A DNA stretch of 64,000 nucleotides from Centroscyllium fabricii (Eukaryota), in assembly GCA_051313645.2 (NCBI GenBank), contig JBNRSN020000018.1, positions 54,870,001 through 54,934,000 of the forward strand, written 5' to 3'. The position numbers were made by a program, and so were the translations under genes. This document shows, piece by piece, positions 23,575 through 37,815 of this stretch. Position 1 is the stretch's first letter; each line of letters opens with the position of its first letter. Under the pieces are notes generated by a model. That model was not told the DNA's origin and made no database searches. It worked only from the letters and a program-made list of their open reading frames with translations.

Positions 23575-24030
23575 TTCCCTCTAATTTTTGTTTGTACTGA
23601 GCGGGCCACGAACTCCTTTCAACGCGACCTTTTCGTCAGTGAGCATATTTTACAACAACTACAGTTACAACAACAACTTTTACAACCACCACTTAAAAGC
23701 ATATATGTACTGATGCCATATTACCTCCCCCCACTGTCTCAAATCATGAGACAATCAGACAAGGTTCTAAAGAAGTCTAATATAACTTATCTGCTTTTAA
23801 AATGAACCCCAGTGCTTCATTTGCAGTTTTTTATGGCTTTTTTAACCTGCGTTGCTGCTTTTAATGATTTGTGAATCTTTACCCCTCGATCCCTTTGCAC
23901 CTCTACCCCATTTAGAGGCTTATGTTCCAAGGATTAGGTAGCTTCCTTATTCTTCCTACCAAAATGCACCACCTCACACTTATCTATTATTGAAATTAAT
24001 TTGTCATTTACATGTCCATCCTGCAAGTTT
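23575..24030 (-). mobile_element. Old repeat fragments (CR1 RT piece at about 23780-24030)
   Basis: ATCCCTTTGCACCTC...AAAATGCACCACCTCACACTT matches the CR1 KCEVVHFG region. Confidence 0.55.
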
Positions 24031-25758
24031 GTTCATGGTAGAATTAATTAAAAGCTTTTCGTTCATCATGTACAAACACTATTTAAAAAAAATACTTGTC
24101 AGAAATGACTGGGATATAAAAAAACTGAATAATGCAATAACGCTTCAGAAACGTTATACAATTACGTATCGACAAACAATCCTAAAGCCCAAGGTGAGCT
24201 GAAAGAGGCATATCTATTTGTGCAATTTGTATTAATTTTAAAGTTTTCAATGTATTAGCCAATCCCTCGTCACTATAGCAGTGGCTGCACAGGCAGCAGG
24301 AACAGCAGCTTTCCGAGTGCGCTGACGTGCTGGACGTCCACACAAGTAATTTGAATATTAATCACAATGCAACCAGACAGCCAACAAATATAAAATGCTG
24401 CAGTTCTTTAGTTCACAGTATTAAAAAGAATTGATCAAAAACAGGTATCCATATTTTCAACTTCACTCACTTCGATTAATAAACATTGCCTTCTTGAACC
24501 AGCACCCCCCATGTAACATGTCAGAAATGCAGCACTTACTCAGAAGTGCAAAGAAACCATACACAATTTCTGACACCAAATTAAAAACAAAAAGCAGGAA
24601 AAGCTATGATTTAACAGAAATAAACATTTATTTTTCTTCCTGGACAGGAGAACCAATCAGACTGCCTTGGAAACTAATATGTTAATTTACGAATTTCGCT
24701 TCAAATGTTTTTCTCTCATTCTCCACAATATTAATTCCACTTACTGAATTATTTTAGGTACTTCGCAATTAAATAGCGAGAAACAAACTTCATTGTACTC
24801 TCAATTTTGAATCTATTTCAAACATTTATAGCAAATCGAAATTGTACATTATCAGTTTAATCAAAGTATTTTCTGTGTCTCTCAATAAACAAATTGTGGT
24901 TTCTTCTAAAGTAGCTTCTTGCAATTTTTATACATTATTACATAACTGGTTTCTATTAACACTCCACTAAATGTTTAAAAGGAAATCTATATTTACATTG
25001 TCCCTGGGACTTGTTCGGACTATAGAATGACAGACAAAATTAAATGGTTTGTGTTTTTCCCCTTTTTTGGTTCTCTTCCTAAACGTCCGTCTTAATGATT
25101 TTTTTTTTTTTAAGTCAATAAAAAGTAATTTGTAACTCCTATAAATCCTCCCCTGACCTTCCCGTCCTCAACAGCGTGGTTGCATGTTTGTATAAAGCTA
25201 CTCACTTCAGTCGATTGTTCAAAATCAAATATTGAGAAATTCCAATTTTAAAATGTTTTAAGCAATTCAGAGCCTCTTTTAAAAAGTGTTTGGACTTCAA
25301 GACCTGGTTGAAACTTGTTTAGATGAGGGGGAAAACTGATTTTTACTTGTGTCTTCCAAAATCATTTTCAAAACGTAGAGGGGGGAGAAAATGTTTTTAT
25401 CACTCGTTTTTTGTGAAAAGTTTATTAAAAATCTTTAAATTCTTTCAAGTCTCATTGCAGCTTTGACAGAAGAAGTTGCTCCGAGTTTTTTTTTCCTTCT
25501 TCACTGCTGTCGTTAAACAAACAACCAGAAATAAAATTGAGCTCCATTTGGTATTGGAGTTTAAGAAGAAAGTGAATAAAGTGGTTAAACTTCCTAAGCA
25601 GGCGGTAAGGTTATCTATCCCCAGCCTTGGCCATGAGTTGGGATCAGTTTAGGATAATTTGTTTCCTCTTTTTCTGCTGCCGTTCCCTCCGTCTCTCAGA
25701 CTCGAAGGTACAAACTGGAGCATAAACGTTTTCCCCTCTCGTGTAATGTGATTTAAAT

Positions 25759-25959
25759 AATCATAGAATCATAGAATCCCTACAGTGCAGATAGAGGCCA
25801 TTTCGGCCCATCGAGCCTGCACCGACACATATCCCACCCCATCCCTGTAACCCCCACATATTTAATCCCCCTAACATTAAGGGTCAATTTATCCTGGCCA
25901 ATCAACCTAACCCGCACATCTTTGGACTGTGGGAGGAAACCGGAGCACCCGGAGGAAAC
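25759..25959 (-). mobile_element. 5'-truncated HE1-like SINE
   Basis: Reverse complement of the V-domain and tail seen at about 12500-12640; (ATCATAGA)n end. Confidence 0.85.
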
Positions 25960-26376
25960 TCTTTCAAAAAAGGGAGAACACCTGGCAAAATTTAACTGAA
26001 CTTAGCCAATCAATCCCTAAAAAGCCTTAGTTGATGCATTTGAAAAAGTTATTCCTTAAAATAAACAAGGTTGCTTAGTGAAAAGCCACCACCCAGGGAA
26101 TCTCCCAGTCATGCAAGTAGCATTAACCCACAATTTGAAAAACCACAAAAGAAATGCTAATAGAAATGGCAGAAACGGTCAATGCAGATACAAAGATTAT
26201 TTCTGCTTGGAAAATTCTGCACACTAACTATCACCAAAAGCAAGTCACAGAATCAGCAGTCCTTTGAAACTGACAATCTATATATACTAGGGTCTATCTC
26301 TAACAGACACATTGTTTAAACCAAAAATATTTATGTAGTGACCAAATATCCTGTACTAATGGAATAAACAAGCTAC

Positions 26377-29300
26377 TGTAGCGGCACACCCGCTGGGAGA
26401 TCGAATCCGCCAACGGGGCTCCGCGGAGCGCAGCCCGCTCATCCGGGTGATGCGACTACGTCACCACGTCGGCGGACGTGATGACGTCACCAATGGCGGG
26501 ACTGTTTGAAAATATGTTTGTACCGCGTGGTTCTGCCTCTTCCTTGTTGAAACCAGTTTAGTAAAGACGTGTTTTTCCTTAGCTCTGGCTCCGTGTGATT
26601 TCTAAAGACCTGCAGCACAACAGTGGTGACCTCGATAACTGGAACGAATTCCAGTAAAGAAAAAAAGCTGCTACAGGATTTGGGAACTCCAGCCAAGGAC
26701 TTTTAACTAAAACATGTCCAACACAAGGAACCACGCTCCACGATCACAAGGAGCTGGACAGAGCACCGGGCGCGGACTTGTTTTGCCCGAGTTCTGGGAG
26801 CAACGGCCAGCGGCCTGGTTCAGCTGCATAGAAGCCAGCTGCCGTTCAAATGGCATCAACGGGGACGACCGCTACGACTTGGTGTTCACAGCCCTGCCAC
26901 AAACGACCGTCGATAGGATGTGGTCAAAGATCCAGCGCATGCCCTCTGCAGGCAGGTATGAAACGCTTAAGGCCGCGCTAATTAAGAAGTTTACCCCTTC
27001 CCAGTTTGAGCGCGACTGCCAGCTCCTCGACCTCCCCGAACTCGGGGACGCAGACCCATCGGACCTCCTAGGTCAGATGCAGGCGCTCACTCCCAATCCT
27101 GCCACCCTATTTCGCACAGTCTTCCTCCTCAAATTGCCCCGCGCCATCAGACCGGCCTTGGCGGCCCTAGCCCATCGCAGCGACGATGAACTCGGCGAGG
27201 AAGCCGACAGGCTGATGGCAGCACAGCGCACCAGCTCCACCACGTGCATCCCTAACTCGGCATCGGTAGAGCGCAGCTATTCACCCCCCAGGCACAATTT
27301 GACGCCTGAACCTAGGGCCCCGCGCCCGCGCAACTATTCACCCCCCAGGCACAATTTTACGCCCGAACCTAGGGCCCCGCGCCCGCCTAGACAACCGCGT
27401 CCCTCTAGCACCGGCTGGTGCTACTATCACACGCGGTTTGAGCACAAAGCGCACCGCTGCGTACAGCCATGCGCGTTTAAACCCAGACCCAACTCAGCCT
27501 CCACCATGTCTGTAGGCCACACAGGAGCACTCCTCTTCGCCACAGACAGCGGCACCGGCCTCAGGTTCCTCTGCGACACAGGCGCGCAGCACAGCATCGT
27601 GCCAGCCTCCCCTGCAGAAACCAAACGAGGCACCCGGGGCCCGCCACTAGCGGCAGCCAACGGGTCCAACATAAAAACGTACGGCACCCGCGAGCTTACC
27701 ATTACCCTTGCAAGCCACACGTACACCTGGGAGTTTGTAACGGCCCAGGTCACCTCTCCCCTCCTCGGGGCAGACTTCCTCTGCGCCAACGGCCTACTGG
27801 TCGATGTAACTCGGCGCCGCTTGGTGAATTTAAACACCATGACGACCATCCCATGTTCCACAGGGCCCGCACTCCTGGCCCACGCAGCAGCCCAATGCCG
27901 CTCCAAGGACCCCGATGCCTACGGCACGCTCCTGGCGGAATTCCCCGCCCTTACCAACCCCACGTTCACCGCCCGCAAGGCCAAACACGGGGTGGAACAC
28001 TATATAACGACCACAGGTCCTCCCGTCCATGCACACGCCCGTAGGCTCGACCCAGCCAAGCTGGAGATCGCAATCACCGAGTTCCGCACTATGGAACAAC
28101 TCGGTATAATCCGCCGCTCCAGCAGCCCCTGGTCCTCCCCGCTCCACATAGCCCCCAAGCCCGACGGAGGTTGGCGCCCCTGCGGCGACTACCGCCGCCT
28201 CAACAACGCCACTACCCCGGATAGGTACCCCGTACCCCACATCCAGGATTTTTCCGCCAGATTGGCAGGGCGCACGATCTTTTCTAAGATCGACCTGGTG
28301 CGTGGCTACCACCAGGTGCCCGTACACCCGGCGGACATTCCCAAAACGGCCGTGATTACCCCCTTCAGGCTCTTCGAATTCCTGAGGATGCCCTTCGGCC
28401 TTAAAAATGCGGCCCAGGCCTTCCAGCGCCTCATGGACTCAGTCCTACGGGACTTGAAGTTCATTTTCGTCTATTTAGACGACATTCTCGTGGCCAGCAC
28501 CTCCCCTCAGGAACACCTCCTGCACCTCAGGACCCTGTTCCAGCGCCTCACCGAACACGGCCTTATCCTAAGCCCCATCAAATGCAAATTCGGCCTCGAG
28601 ACCATCGACTTCCTCGGCCACCGCATTTCCCAAGCAGGGGTCATACCCCTACCCTCTAAGGCACAGGCGGTACAGGAATTTTTAGGCATGGTTAATTTTT
28701 ATAATCGCTTCATCCCGGGAGCAGCCGCTCTCATGGCCCCCTTATACCAGGCCACCCGCGGGCAGTCCAACAAGGCTGCGGTCGAGTGGACGGCCGAAGC
28801 CGCCACCGCATTCACCGCAACCAAAACTGCCCTGGCAAACGCCACCCTCCTAGCCCACCCTAGGCCCAACGCCAGAGTAGCCCTCACCACCGACGCCTCC
28901 GACTACGCCGTCGGGGCCGTTTTTGAGCAGTGGACCGGCAACGCGTGGCAACCCCTGGCCTTTTTCAGCCGGCAACTCCGGCCCCCAGAGGTAAAATACA
29001 GCGCCTTTGATAGGGAGCTACTAGCTCTCCATCTGGCGGTGCGACACTTTCGTTTCCTCCTGGAGGGCCGACACTTTACAGCCTTCACCGACCACAAGCC
29101 ACTCACGTTTGCGATGGCTAAGGCCGCTGAACCCTGGTCGGCCAGGCAGCAGCGCCAAATCACGGCCGTGTCGGAATTTACAACCGACATTCAACATATT
29201 TCCGGCCGCGACAATGTGGTCGCTGACTGCCTTTCACGCCCCACTATCAACGCCGCCCAAATGGCAGTTGATTACGCCCAGCTGGCCGCGGACCAGCTGG

Positions 29301-30851
29301 CCGACCCCGACCTACTCAACGCAGCCACTAAACTTCCCGGCCTACGCTTGGCCAATGTCGCGCACGGCCCCGCTGCCACCGTCGTTTGCTGCGACGTTTC
29401 GTTATCGCAACCCAGGCCCGTCGTACCCCCCGCTTGGAGGGAATGAATCTTTACGACCCTCCACGACCTGTCCCACCCCGGCGTCCGCGCGTCCACTAAA
29501 CTTATATCGGCCCGGTTTGTATGGCGCGGCCTGCGCAAAGACGTCCGCGCCTGGGCCACTTCCTGCATAGCCTGCCAGCGCTCCAAAGTGCACAAGCACA
29601 TCAGGGCACCGCTGGAAAATTTTAAGGTACCGGCCAGACGCTTTGACCACGTCCATATTGACCTCGTCGGGCCACTACCAGCATCCCGCGGACACACGCA
29701 CCTACTGACCATGGTCGACCGCAACACTCGCTGGCCTGAAGCAGTTCCCCTCACTGCCACCAACACCACGGACCTGGCCAGGGCGTTCATCGCCACATGG
29801 GTCGCCCGATTCAGCGTGCCCACAGACATCACCTCCGACAGAGGACCCCAGTTCACGTCGACATTATGGGCGGCCATCGCCCGCGACCTTGGGGTGACAC
29901 TACACAGGACCACCGCATACCATCCACAGGCGAACGGCCTATGCGAACGGTTCCACCGCTCAATGAAGGCATCACTTCGGGCCACACTGAAAGACGCTTC
30001 GTGGACCGACCGCCTTCCATGGGTTCTCCTCGGGCTGCGGTCGGCAGTTAAAGAGGACCTCAACGCCTCAGCAGCAGAGCTCGTCTACGGCCAGGCTTTA
30101 ACGGTACCGGGCAAATTTTTGGCTGAGGCCAACGCCCCCTGGTCAGCAGACCAGTATTTAAAGGACTGGGCAAACCCGGCACGAGCTTTTCAACCACTAC
30201 CAGTGGCCCGGCATGGAGAGCCGGCAGCTCGGGTGCCAGAAGACATCAAAAACGCCAAATGGGTGTTCATCCGACGAGACGGGCACCGAGCCCCTTTACA
30301 GCCACCTTACGATGGCCCTTATAGAGTGCTTCGGGCGGGAAACAAGACTTTTGAATTGCAAATGGGCAAAAGGACTGAAACGGTAACAATAGACCGGCTC
30401 AAGCCGGCACATGTGACAGCGGGCGAGACCACGGTCCCCGCACAACCACCACAACGCGGTCGCCCTCCCGCACCAAAACCCGGCCACACTCCAACGCAGA
30501 ACCAGCAACAGCTAGCAACACGGTCCGGCCGCATCATCCGACCGCCCCAACGGCACACATAGACACTTTAATCTATTTCTCCCGGACGGATTCTGGGGGG
30601 AGCTGTGTAGCGGCACACCCGCTGGGAGATCGAATCCGCCAACGGGGCTCCGCGGAGCGCAGCCCGCTCATCCGGGTGATGCGACTACGTCACCACGTCG
30701 GCGGACGTGATGACGTCACCAACGGCGGGACTGTTTGAAAATATGTTTGTACCGCGTGGTTCTGCCTCTTCCTTGTTGAAACCAGTTTAGTAAAGACGTG
30801 TTTTTCCTTAGCTCTGGCTCCGTGTGATTTCTAAAGACCTGCAGCACAACA
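26377..30851 (+). mobile_element. Full-length Gypsy copy D (YLDD, tRNA-Trp PBS)
   Basis: 246-bp LTRs at 26377-26622 and 30606-30851 (one difference seen). 4-bp TSD CTAC. PBS TGGTGACCTCGA at 26624. PPT GGGGGGAGCTG. Confidence 0.97.
26714..30562 (+). pseudogene. Gag-Pol of copy D with one in-frame TGA (29444-29446) and a 36-bp deletion
   Basis: ORFs 26714-29446 and 29588-30562 share a frame; CYYHTRF...C...C knuckle, LCDTGA protease, YLDD RT, RNase H, integrase with GPY motif. Confidence 0.92.
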
Positions 30852-31469
30852 CTACTAAACTTGACATTTCCTGTACACAATCAGTCTTGTAAGAAAGCAT
30901 GAAATAAAAAAGTCCATTTTGCCCATCAAACCCATTCCATCGCTTACCATCTAATATTCCACTCTACCCAACCTATTTAATCTTAATAGTCTGCAAAGTT
31001 TCTCTTTATCCCAAAGTAAATCAAGCAAAACTGCAGAATATCTCACTAACCCTGTGTGGTTGGAGCGCCGGGGCCTTGGTTGCCGAGGTCGGCGCGCCGG
31101 AGCCTGCGTGGTCGTGGCGCCGGAGGTCGGCGAGTTCGTAGTGCCGGGGCCTGCATGGTTGGAGCACCGGGACCGTCATGGAATGGAACAGACTGGGACT
31201 TCAGTAGAGACATTTTGACATCTGCGTTGTTCTTGGGGGTTTGGCAAGAACTGCATTTCGTTGTATGGTGTTTGTTCGCTATGCAATGACAAATAAATTG
31301 AATCTAAATCTAAAAATCTAACCTACCTTCCTGCAGGTGACATGGTATGACATTTCCAAATAGCCAAAAGCTCAGGAACCATTATATTCCACAAAGCATA
31401 AGATTACGGTTATCTTTTTTAAAAGTTCATTCACAAGATGTGGGTGTCGCTGGTAAGGCCTTATTTATC

Positions 31470-31855
31470 AATTCAATTCAATTCAATTCAATTCAATTTT
31501 ATTGTCATTGCAGAGTACTAGTACAATACAACGAGACGAAGACTCGACTCTCCCGAGAGTAGTGCAAACAAAATAAATAAATTACATGAAAATTGCATAC
31601 AGTAAAGTTCATTATCAGGCGTGCAGGTACCGGAGTTCCTTTTTAGAGTTCAGGAGGCTGACAGCCCTGGGGAAGAAGCTGTTCTGAAATCTAGTCGTGC
31701 GGGTGCAAATTGCTCTGTAGCATCTCCCGGAGGGCAGAGGGGCGAACAGACTGTGGCTGGGGTGTGTGGGGTCTTTAATAATGTTCATAGACCTCCGTAA
31801 GCAGCGTTTGAGGTAGATGCTTTCCATTGACGGTAGCTGTGTACCGGTAATTCTC
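31470..31855 (-). mobile_element. Rex1/Babar-like LINE 3' fragment with (TTGAA)n tail
   Basis: Peptide LPSMESIY...IIKDPTHPSHSLFAPLPSGR...TTRFQNSFFPRAV. Confidence 0.75.
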
Positions 31856-34341
31856 ATCAACATTCCTAACCAGATATTAAGATCAGCTAAAATATTTACA
31901 CGACATAGCTTAACTGCTTTATCTGGTAGTCTATTCCATATGCTCAGACTGGAGGCAACAGTCCTTGTAATCTGAAGATTAGTTTGAGGTTGGTTAATTT
32001 TACACTCAAATTCTCTAGCTTCTAAGCTCATACTCCAAGTTAAGAAATTAAAATTTACATTATATATTGCTTTGAGCATTTTTAAACCGGAATCACCGCT
32101 GGAGAGTCAACAGATCTCAAACATTGGCAACTTTTTATGTTTTAGAGTCACAAAGTCTCAGAACTGTAATAGAAATCGACTCCTCAAAGTACGGTCTCAG
32201 GTGCACAACCTGTGCATCCTGTTCATGTGCAATAGCAGGAGTGTTAATATTTTGCCAATAATCCAGCGATGGTAAACAAAAACAAACACAAGGATATTTC
32301 ATTGGACTGCACTTGTATTTTAAAAGTCTGGAGCAAATCTTGTAATTGGGGAAAGGGATAAAAGCCAGGACACCATAGGGTGCTACAATTGGCCTTTGTA
32401 GGGCTGGGTTCAGAAGGAGAAAAATGGGCAGGGTTCCAAATCCTGATCGCTCTCTAGAAAATCTCCTGCTGGAAGTGTATGCGCATGGTGTTGGGGGAGG
32501 ACAGGATTAGGTTGAGCAGCATACTGACTCTCATTGCCAAGGCTAACACATGAGTAATGGTCATTTGGGTGTGTTACCAGAGGGCAAACAGAATCCATGG
32601 AACCATACCCCACACCCAACAAGTTATCAACAGTTTTAGGAGGGAAGAAAATTGGTAAGAAAGAAAAAAAATAAGATCATGAGCAAATGTCATTGTCATG
32701 TTAAAAATGAGGCACATTTTTTCCCAGATTTGCTGTGCTACCTAGGTATTTAAATCAAATTACTGATTCTGTGACAATGGACAGATGACAATTTTGGTCT
32801 ATATATTTGTGGGGAAATTTGATTTTCTGCAACAGGAGAAAGTAATACTCATGAGTAATGTAGATTATTTGGGAAAAACCTTTCAGAAAACATTTTTTAC
32901 TCCATTCTCTTGTGACTGAGCAAGTCTGGCAAATCTCATCTTCCTACCTTCGAAGCGGCAAATGACAACAGCTTTACACATTTTTGACAGATGGATGATT
33001 TAATTTTATGAATGAGTTACATAAACAATAAACGCAAGTGCGAAAAACAGGAAAGAAAATGGACGCATTTATTTGATTCGGTAGAAATAGCTGCTGCTTT
33101 AAATTCAGCTAATAAAACAATTGTGTGCAACATACTGACATTGTAAAAAAAAAACAAGCAACGCACATCAGAACGCAACAGTGCATCCATGTTAAAAACA
33201 TGTCAATTTCTATAGTTCTGTACATTCCTTTTCAAATCAAACTTCACACAAGTTTACATGCTGAAATAAAATGTAGCTTTGTTATCATGGGAAATCGCTT
33301 TCACAAATGGGAAAAACCAAAAACTCAAGCATTGGAAGTACAAGTGAAAGAATCTATCATCACTAGTGGAGTACTGTATTTACTCTGTAACTGCTCAACT
33401 CCTGGGGGAGCGTCTAGTCTTCAAATCTCTACCAGAATGATGCATTCTTTCCAGCCAGCACGGAAGACTGAATCTTAGAAATGAATTGCCAATTTCTCTC
33501 ACTGATTAGATTCACTGAACTGGCAGTTATATACCATGCACTGACGCAGACAGTAGAATATCAACTGCACCCATTCAAGATTGTGTTCAATAGAGATCTT
33601 GTTTCTACTACGATAAATGCAATGTTTTCTTGTTATTGCTAAAGCATTTCAAAGTAAATAATACTTTTCATCTCATCAATACATCACCCATTAGAACAAG
33701 GACCTTTTGCAGAATAATGTCTCAAATGCTGTAGATACTACACCATCCATTGTTAAATATTTCAAATGGTAGTCATCTATGGACATGTATTTGATCAGTA
33801 AATACATAATAGCATTGTTGTAAATTATTTTTTATAATGAGAAGCTCAACCTGCATTAAGGTGGGTGAGCTAAAATTGCACGTATTATGGCAAATACTAC
33901 ACGTTTTGAGCATTTTATGCTTATTTTTTTCCATTTCTACCACTGACATATTCTTTCATTTGGGAACACAGAATGGACTCAGCCACAGATTCCTCCATGT
34001 CCACCGTAATAAGCTGGCAGGTGGTTTTAACAGTCGTTCTCTTTGAAATTAATCGCTCTAAATAGTATGTTGGAGCAGCTTAACTTAGAATCTGAAAATC
34101 TCAACTCAAGTCAACAATTGCAAGTAGAATTAGCAAGTGGCAATTAAGTGGAATCCATATCTACATGGTTGAGAGACAACTTGCCCTCTGACTTTACTAA
34201 CACGTCATTTCGCATGTTATCTTGGTCACTTTTACAATTTTACATATAGCCTTAAACAAAACAAATCATAATAGCTCGATAGTTATTGTCGGTATTGAAG
34301 TTTTCCCCTTTAATATATCTTCACAGCTTCAAACTATCATT

Positions 34342-34442
34342 CTATTTATTTTCAAGACCAAGAAGAATTAATGTTTGCTTCAGTGCTACTTCCTCCACAA
34401 ACTTTGCATCCACATTCTCCTGCTCTTCAAAAGGATTTAATG
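34342..34442 (-). CDS. GSAP: GSAP (gamma-secretase activating protein) terminal coding exon
   Basis: TTTGCAG| acceptor; (A)LNPFEEQENVDAKFVEEVALKQTLILLGLENK* matches the recalled GSAP C-terminus (ALYPFEGHDNVDAEFVEEAALKHTAMLLGL). Convergent with CCDC146 as in mammals. Confidence 0.9.
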
Positions 34443-34647
34443 CTGCAAAGAGAAATAAAATTTGTATTTATTAAGCGTACAACGAGTGACGGAAAGGTGG
34501 TGCAGCCTGCTGGACTCCCGCATGCAGTGCCATCAAGTGGAGGGATGTGGGTTTACATCGACAGTTCCTCACAGTGTGAGTTACCCATCAGGTCATTGTG
34601 GCAAGTAGCTCAGAGAAACCAGGCAGGTCCTTACAAGTAGAGAGTCA

Positions 34648-35262
34648 TAACATAAGAAATAGGAGGAGTAGGTAATACGGCTCCTCGAGCCTGCTCCGCC
34701 ATTCAATAAGATCATGGCTGAACTTCTACATCAGCTCTACTTTCCCACCCTATCCCCATATCCATCGATTCCCTTAGTGCCCAAACAGCTGTCTATCTCA
34801 GTCTTGAATATACTCAATTACTGAGCATCCACAGCCCTCTGGGGTAGAGAATTCCAAAGATTCGCCACTCAGTGAAGAAATTTCTCCTCATCTCAGTCCT
34901 AAATGACCGACCCCTTATCCTGAGACTGTGACCCGTAGTTCTAGACTCTCCAGCCAGGGGAAACAGCCTCTCAGCATCTACCCCGTCAAGCCTGCTAAGA
35001 ATTTTATACGTTTCAATGAGCTCACCTCTCATTCTTCTAAACTCCAGAGAGTACAGGCCCATTCTACTCAATTACTCATTAGGACAGCCCTCTCATCCCA
35101 GGAATCAATCTAGTGAACCTTTGTTGCACCTCCTCTAAGGAAAGTATATCCTTCCTTAAGTAGAGAGACCAAAAACTGTACACAGTACTCCAGGTGTGGT
35201 CTCACCAAACTCTGCTCCTTACGCTTCTACTCCAACCCCCTTGCAATAAAGGCTAACATACT
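34648..35262 (-). mobile_element. CR1 LINE 3' end
   Basis: LYSLEFRRMRGELIETYKIL...RRNFFT peptide and CR1 3' UTR. Confidence 0.9.
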
Positions 35263-35306
35263 TTGGATTAAGTAAACAAAGATGCACCAAAGGCAATCAT
35301 ACTTGC

Positions 35307-35406
35307 CTTGATCTTCCATGTCTGTTAAAAATCTTGCTAGGTAAGTCAGTGGCAAAAATTCAGACTCAAATGGAGACCGTTCCCTTATGGAAAAATCTTT
35401 TGATTT
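35307..35406 (-). CDS. GSAP: GSAP penultimate coding exon (GC donor)
   Basis: TTTAG|KSKDFSIRERSPFESEFLPLTYLARFLTDMEDQ-G|GCAAGT; 100 nt; EFLPLxY is conserved. Confidence 0.85.
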
Positions 35407-36344
35407 CTAAAGAGAAATTGACAAAAATCACTAGTTTAATCTAACTGTGTGGAAAGATTGTATTGTAGCATAATTGTAAAGAAATATTAAAATGATTGCT
35501 CCAATTAAGCCAATGCCAAAGTATATTGCTTTCACACACCAGGACCTCTTAACAAGCATTATTACAGTTGTATTTCATTGAAAATAAATTACATCCCATG
35601 TATGCATCAACTCGATTCTGGTACAAATTACACTTCCATCCAATAAACGACAACCCATGCAGCCACACTTACAAGTATAAAGTCAAATCAGGCATCAGAA
35701 ATCAGTTCCTAATTATTCTAACTGTTCATTTTAAAGGACTGAACATTTTTTGGACTACAGTACAAATAGAACAAAGCGCAAATACATTAAACCAAGAAAT
35801 ACTTAGATTTGCACTAGCTGCAAATTTAAAAACATCTCTGTACACAAATATATACACAGTATAATATCCACACATACAAAACTCTTTATATATCGTTCAC
35901 TGCAAGGCACGTACTCTCCTTGATTACGTGACATTATCTGCATGTTACTTCACTTTGGATGAAAACATTAAGCACTTCCAAGTCAGTGGTCAAGTACATA
36001 CTGAACCTCTTTTACTCTGTCCCAAACTGTGCCTCAGTCCCAGCCTCAACCGCAGAAAATCATCACATAAGACCCACTGTTTAGCAATTCCTAATAAGCT
36101 TTAGGTCAAACCTGAAAACTTTCTGCAATTTGCCACTAATTGGTAATTAGTTAGAAAAGCTAAAAGAATGAATAATATTGGAAAAAAAAAATCTCACTGG
36201 TGCAGCAACAGTTGCTTTTCTAAGGATAAGGTTAAGGAAGCTTTGTCCTACATGTAGCCAGTGCTGTAACCTATCTGGAGAATGCTACAACTGGGCGACA
36301 AGAATAAAAAAGCTATCCTGTCCCTCATCTTAAATCCATAAATA

Positions 36345-37815
36345 TACCTCCCACTGAAGAGCTCTTCCAGGAGTCGCAATGCGGATTCCACCCACTAAGG
36401 GGCACAATGGACATGATCTTCACCGCGCACCAATTACAAGAGAAATGCAGGGAACAGCAACCATTGCACATGGCCTTCTTTGATCTCACAAAGGCTTTCG
36501 ACACCGTCAACCGTGAGGGATTATGGAGTGTCCTCCTCAAATTCGGTTGCCCTCAAAGGTTTGTCACCATCCTCCGCCTGCTTCACGACGCCATGCAAAC
36601 GGTGATCCTGACCAATGGATCCACCACAAACCCAATTCAGATACGGAACGGGGTCAAGCAAGGCTGTGTCATCGCACCAACGCTCTTCTCGATCTTCCTT
36701 GCTGCAATGCTCCATCTCGCCCTCAGTGAGCTCCCCGCTGGAGTGGAGCTAATTTACAGAACAAACGGGAAACCTCCATCGCCTCCAGTCCAGATCCAAG
36801 GTCATCCCATCCTCTGTCATCGAATTACAGTATGCAGACAACGCTTGCGTCTGCGCTCACTTGGAGGTCGAACTCCAAACTATCGTTAACACCGTCACCG
36901 AAACGTACGAGAACATGGGCCTTACACTAAACATCCATAAGACAAAGGTCCTCTACCAACCTACCCCCGCCACAGTACTGCCTCCCGATTATCAAAATCC
37001 ACGACAAGGCCTTGGACAATGTGGACCACTTTCCATACCTCGGGAGCCTACTGTCAACAAGGGCAGACGTTGACGACTAAGTCCAACACCGCCTTCAGTG
37101 TGCCAGTGCAGCCTTCAGTACAGTTGCCTGAGGAAGAGAGTGTTTGAAGACCAGGACCTCAAACCTGGCATTAAGCTCATGGTCCGCAGAGCAGCAGTGA
37201 GACCCACCCTGCTGTATGACTCAGAGACATGGACCATGTACAGCAGGCACCACAAAACACTAGAGAGGTACCACCAATGCCGCCTCCGCAAGATCCTGCA
37301 AATCCATTGGCAGGATAGGCGCACCAACATCAGTGTTCTTGCTCAGGCCAATATCCCCAGCATCAAAGCTTTGACCACGCTTGATCAGCTCCGATGGACG
37401 GGTCACATCGTCCACATGCCCGATACGAGACTCCCAAAACAAGCGCTCTACTTGGAGCTCCGGAATGGCAAGAGAGCCCCAGGTGGGCAGAGGAAATGCT
37501 TCAAGGACACCCTCAAAGCCTCCTTGAAAACATCCCCACTGACATCTGGGAATCTCTGGCCCAAGACCGCACAAAGTGGAGGAGAAGCATCCGGGAAGGC
37601 GCCGAACACCTGGACTCTCTTCGCCGGGAGCACGCAGAAGCTAAGCGCAAGCTGTGCATGTCAACCCAAGCACCCCACCCACCCGCCCCTTCAACCACCG
37701 TCTGCCCCACCTGTGACAGAGACTGTAGGTCCCGTATTGGACTCATCAGTCACCAAGAACTCATTTTTAATGTGGAAGCAAGTCATCCTCGGTTCCGAGA
37801 GACTGCCTAAGAAGG
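36345..37815 (+). mobile_element. RTE-clade LINE, 5'-truncated and frameshifted
   Basis: DMIFTAHQLQEKCREQ, FFDLTKAFDTVNR, GVKQGCVIAPTLF, LRWTGHIVHMPDTRLPKQ and a C-terminal zinc-finger-like CPTC. Confidence 0.9.

Noticed and set aside
29272-30063. 263-aa antisense ORF as an env or accessory gene
   Set aside because: Lies opposite the GC-rich integrase; no signal or transmembrane features.
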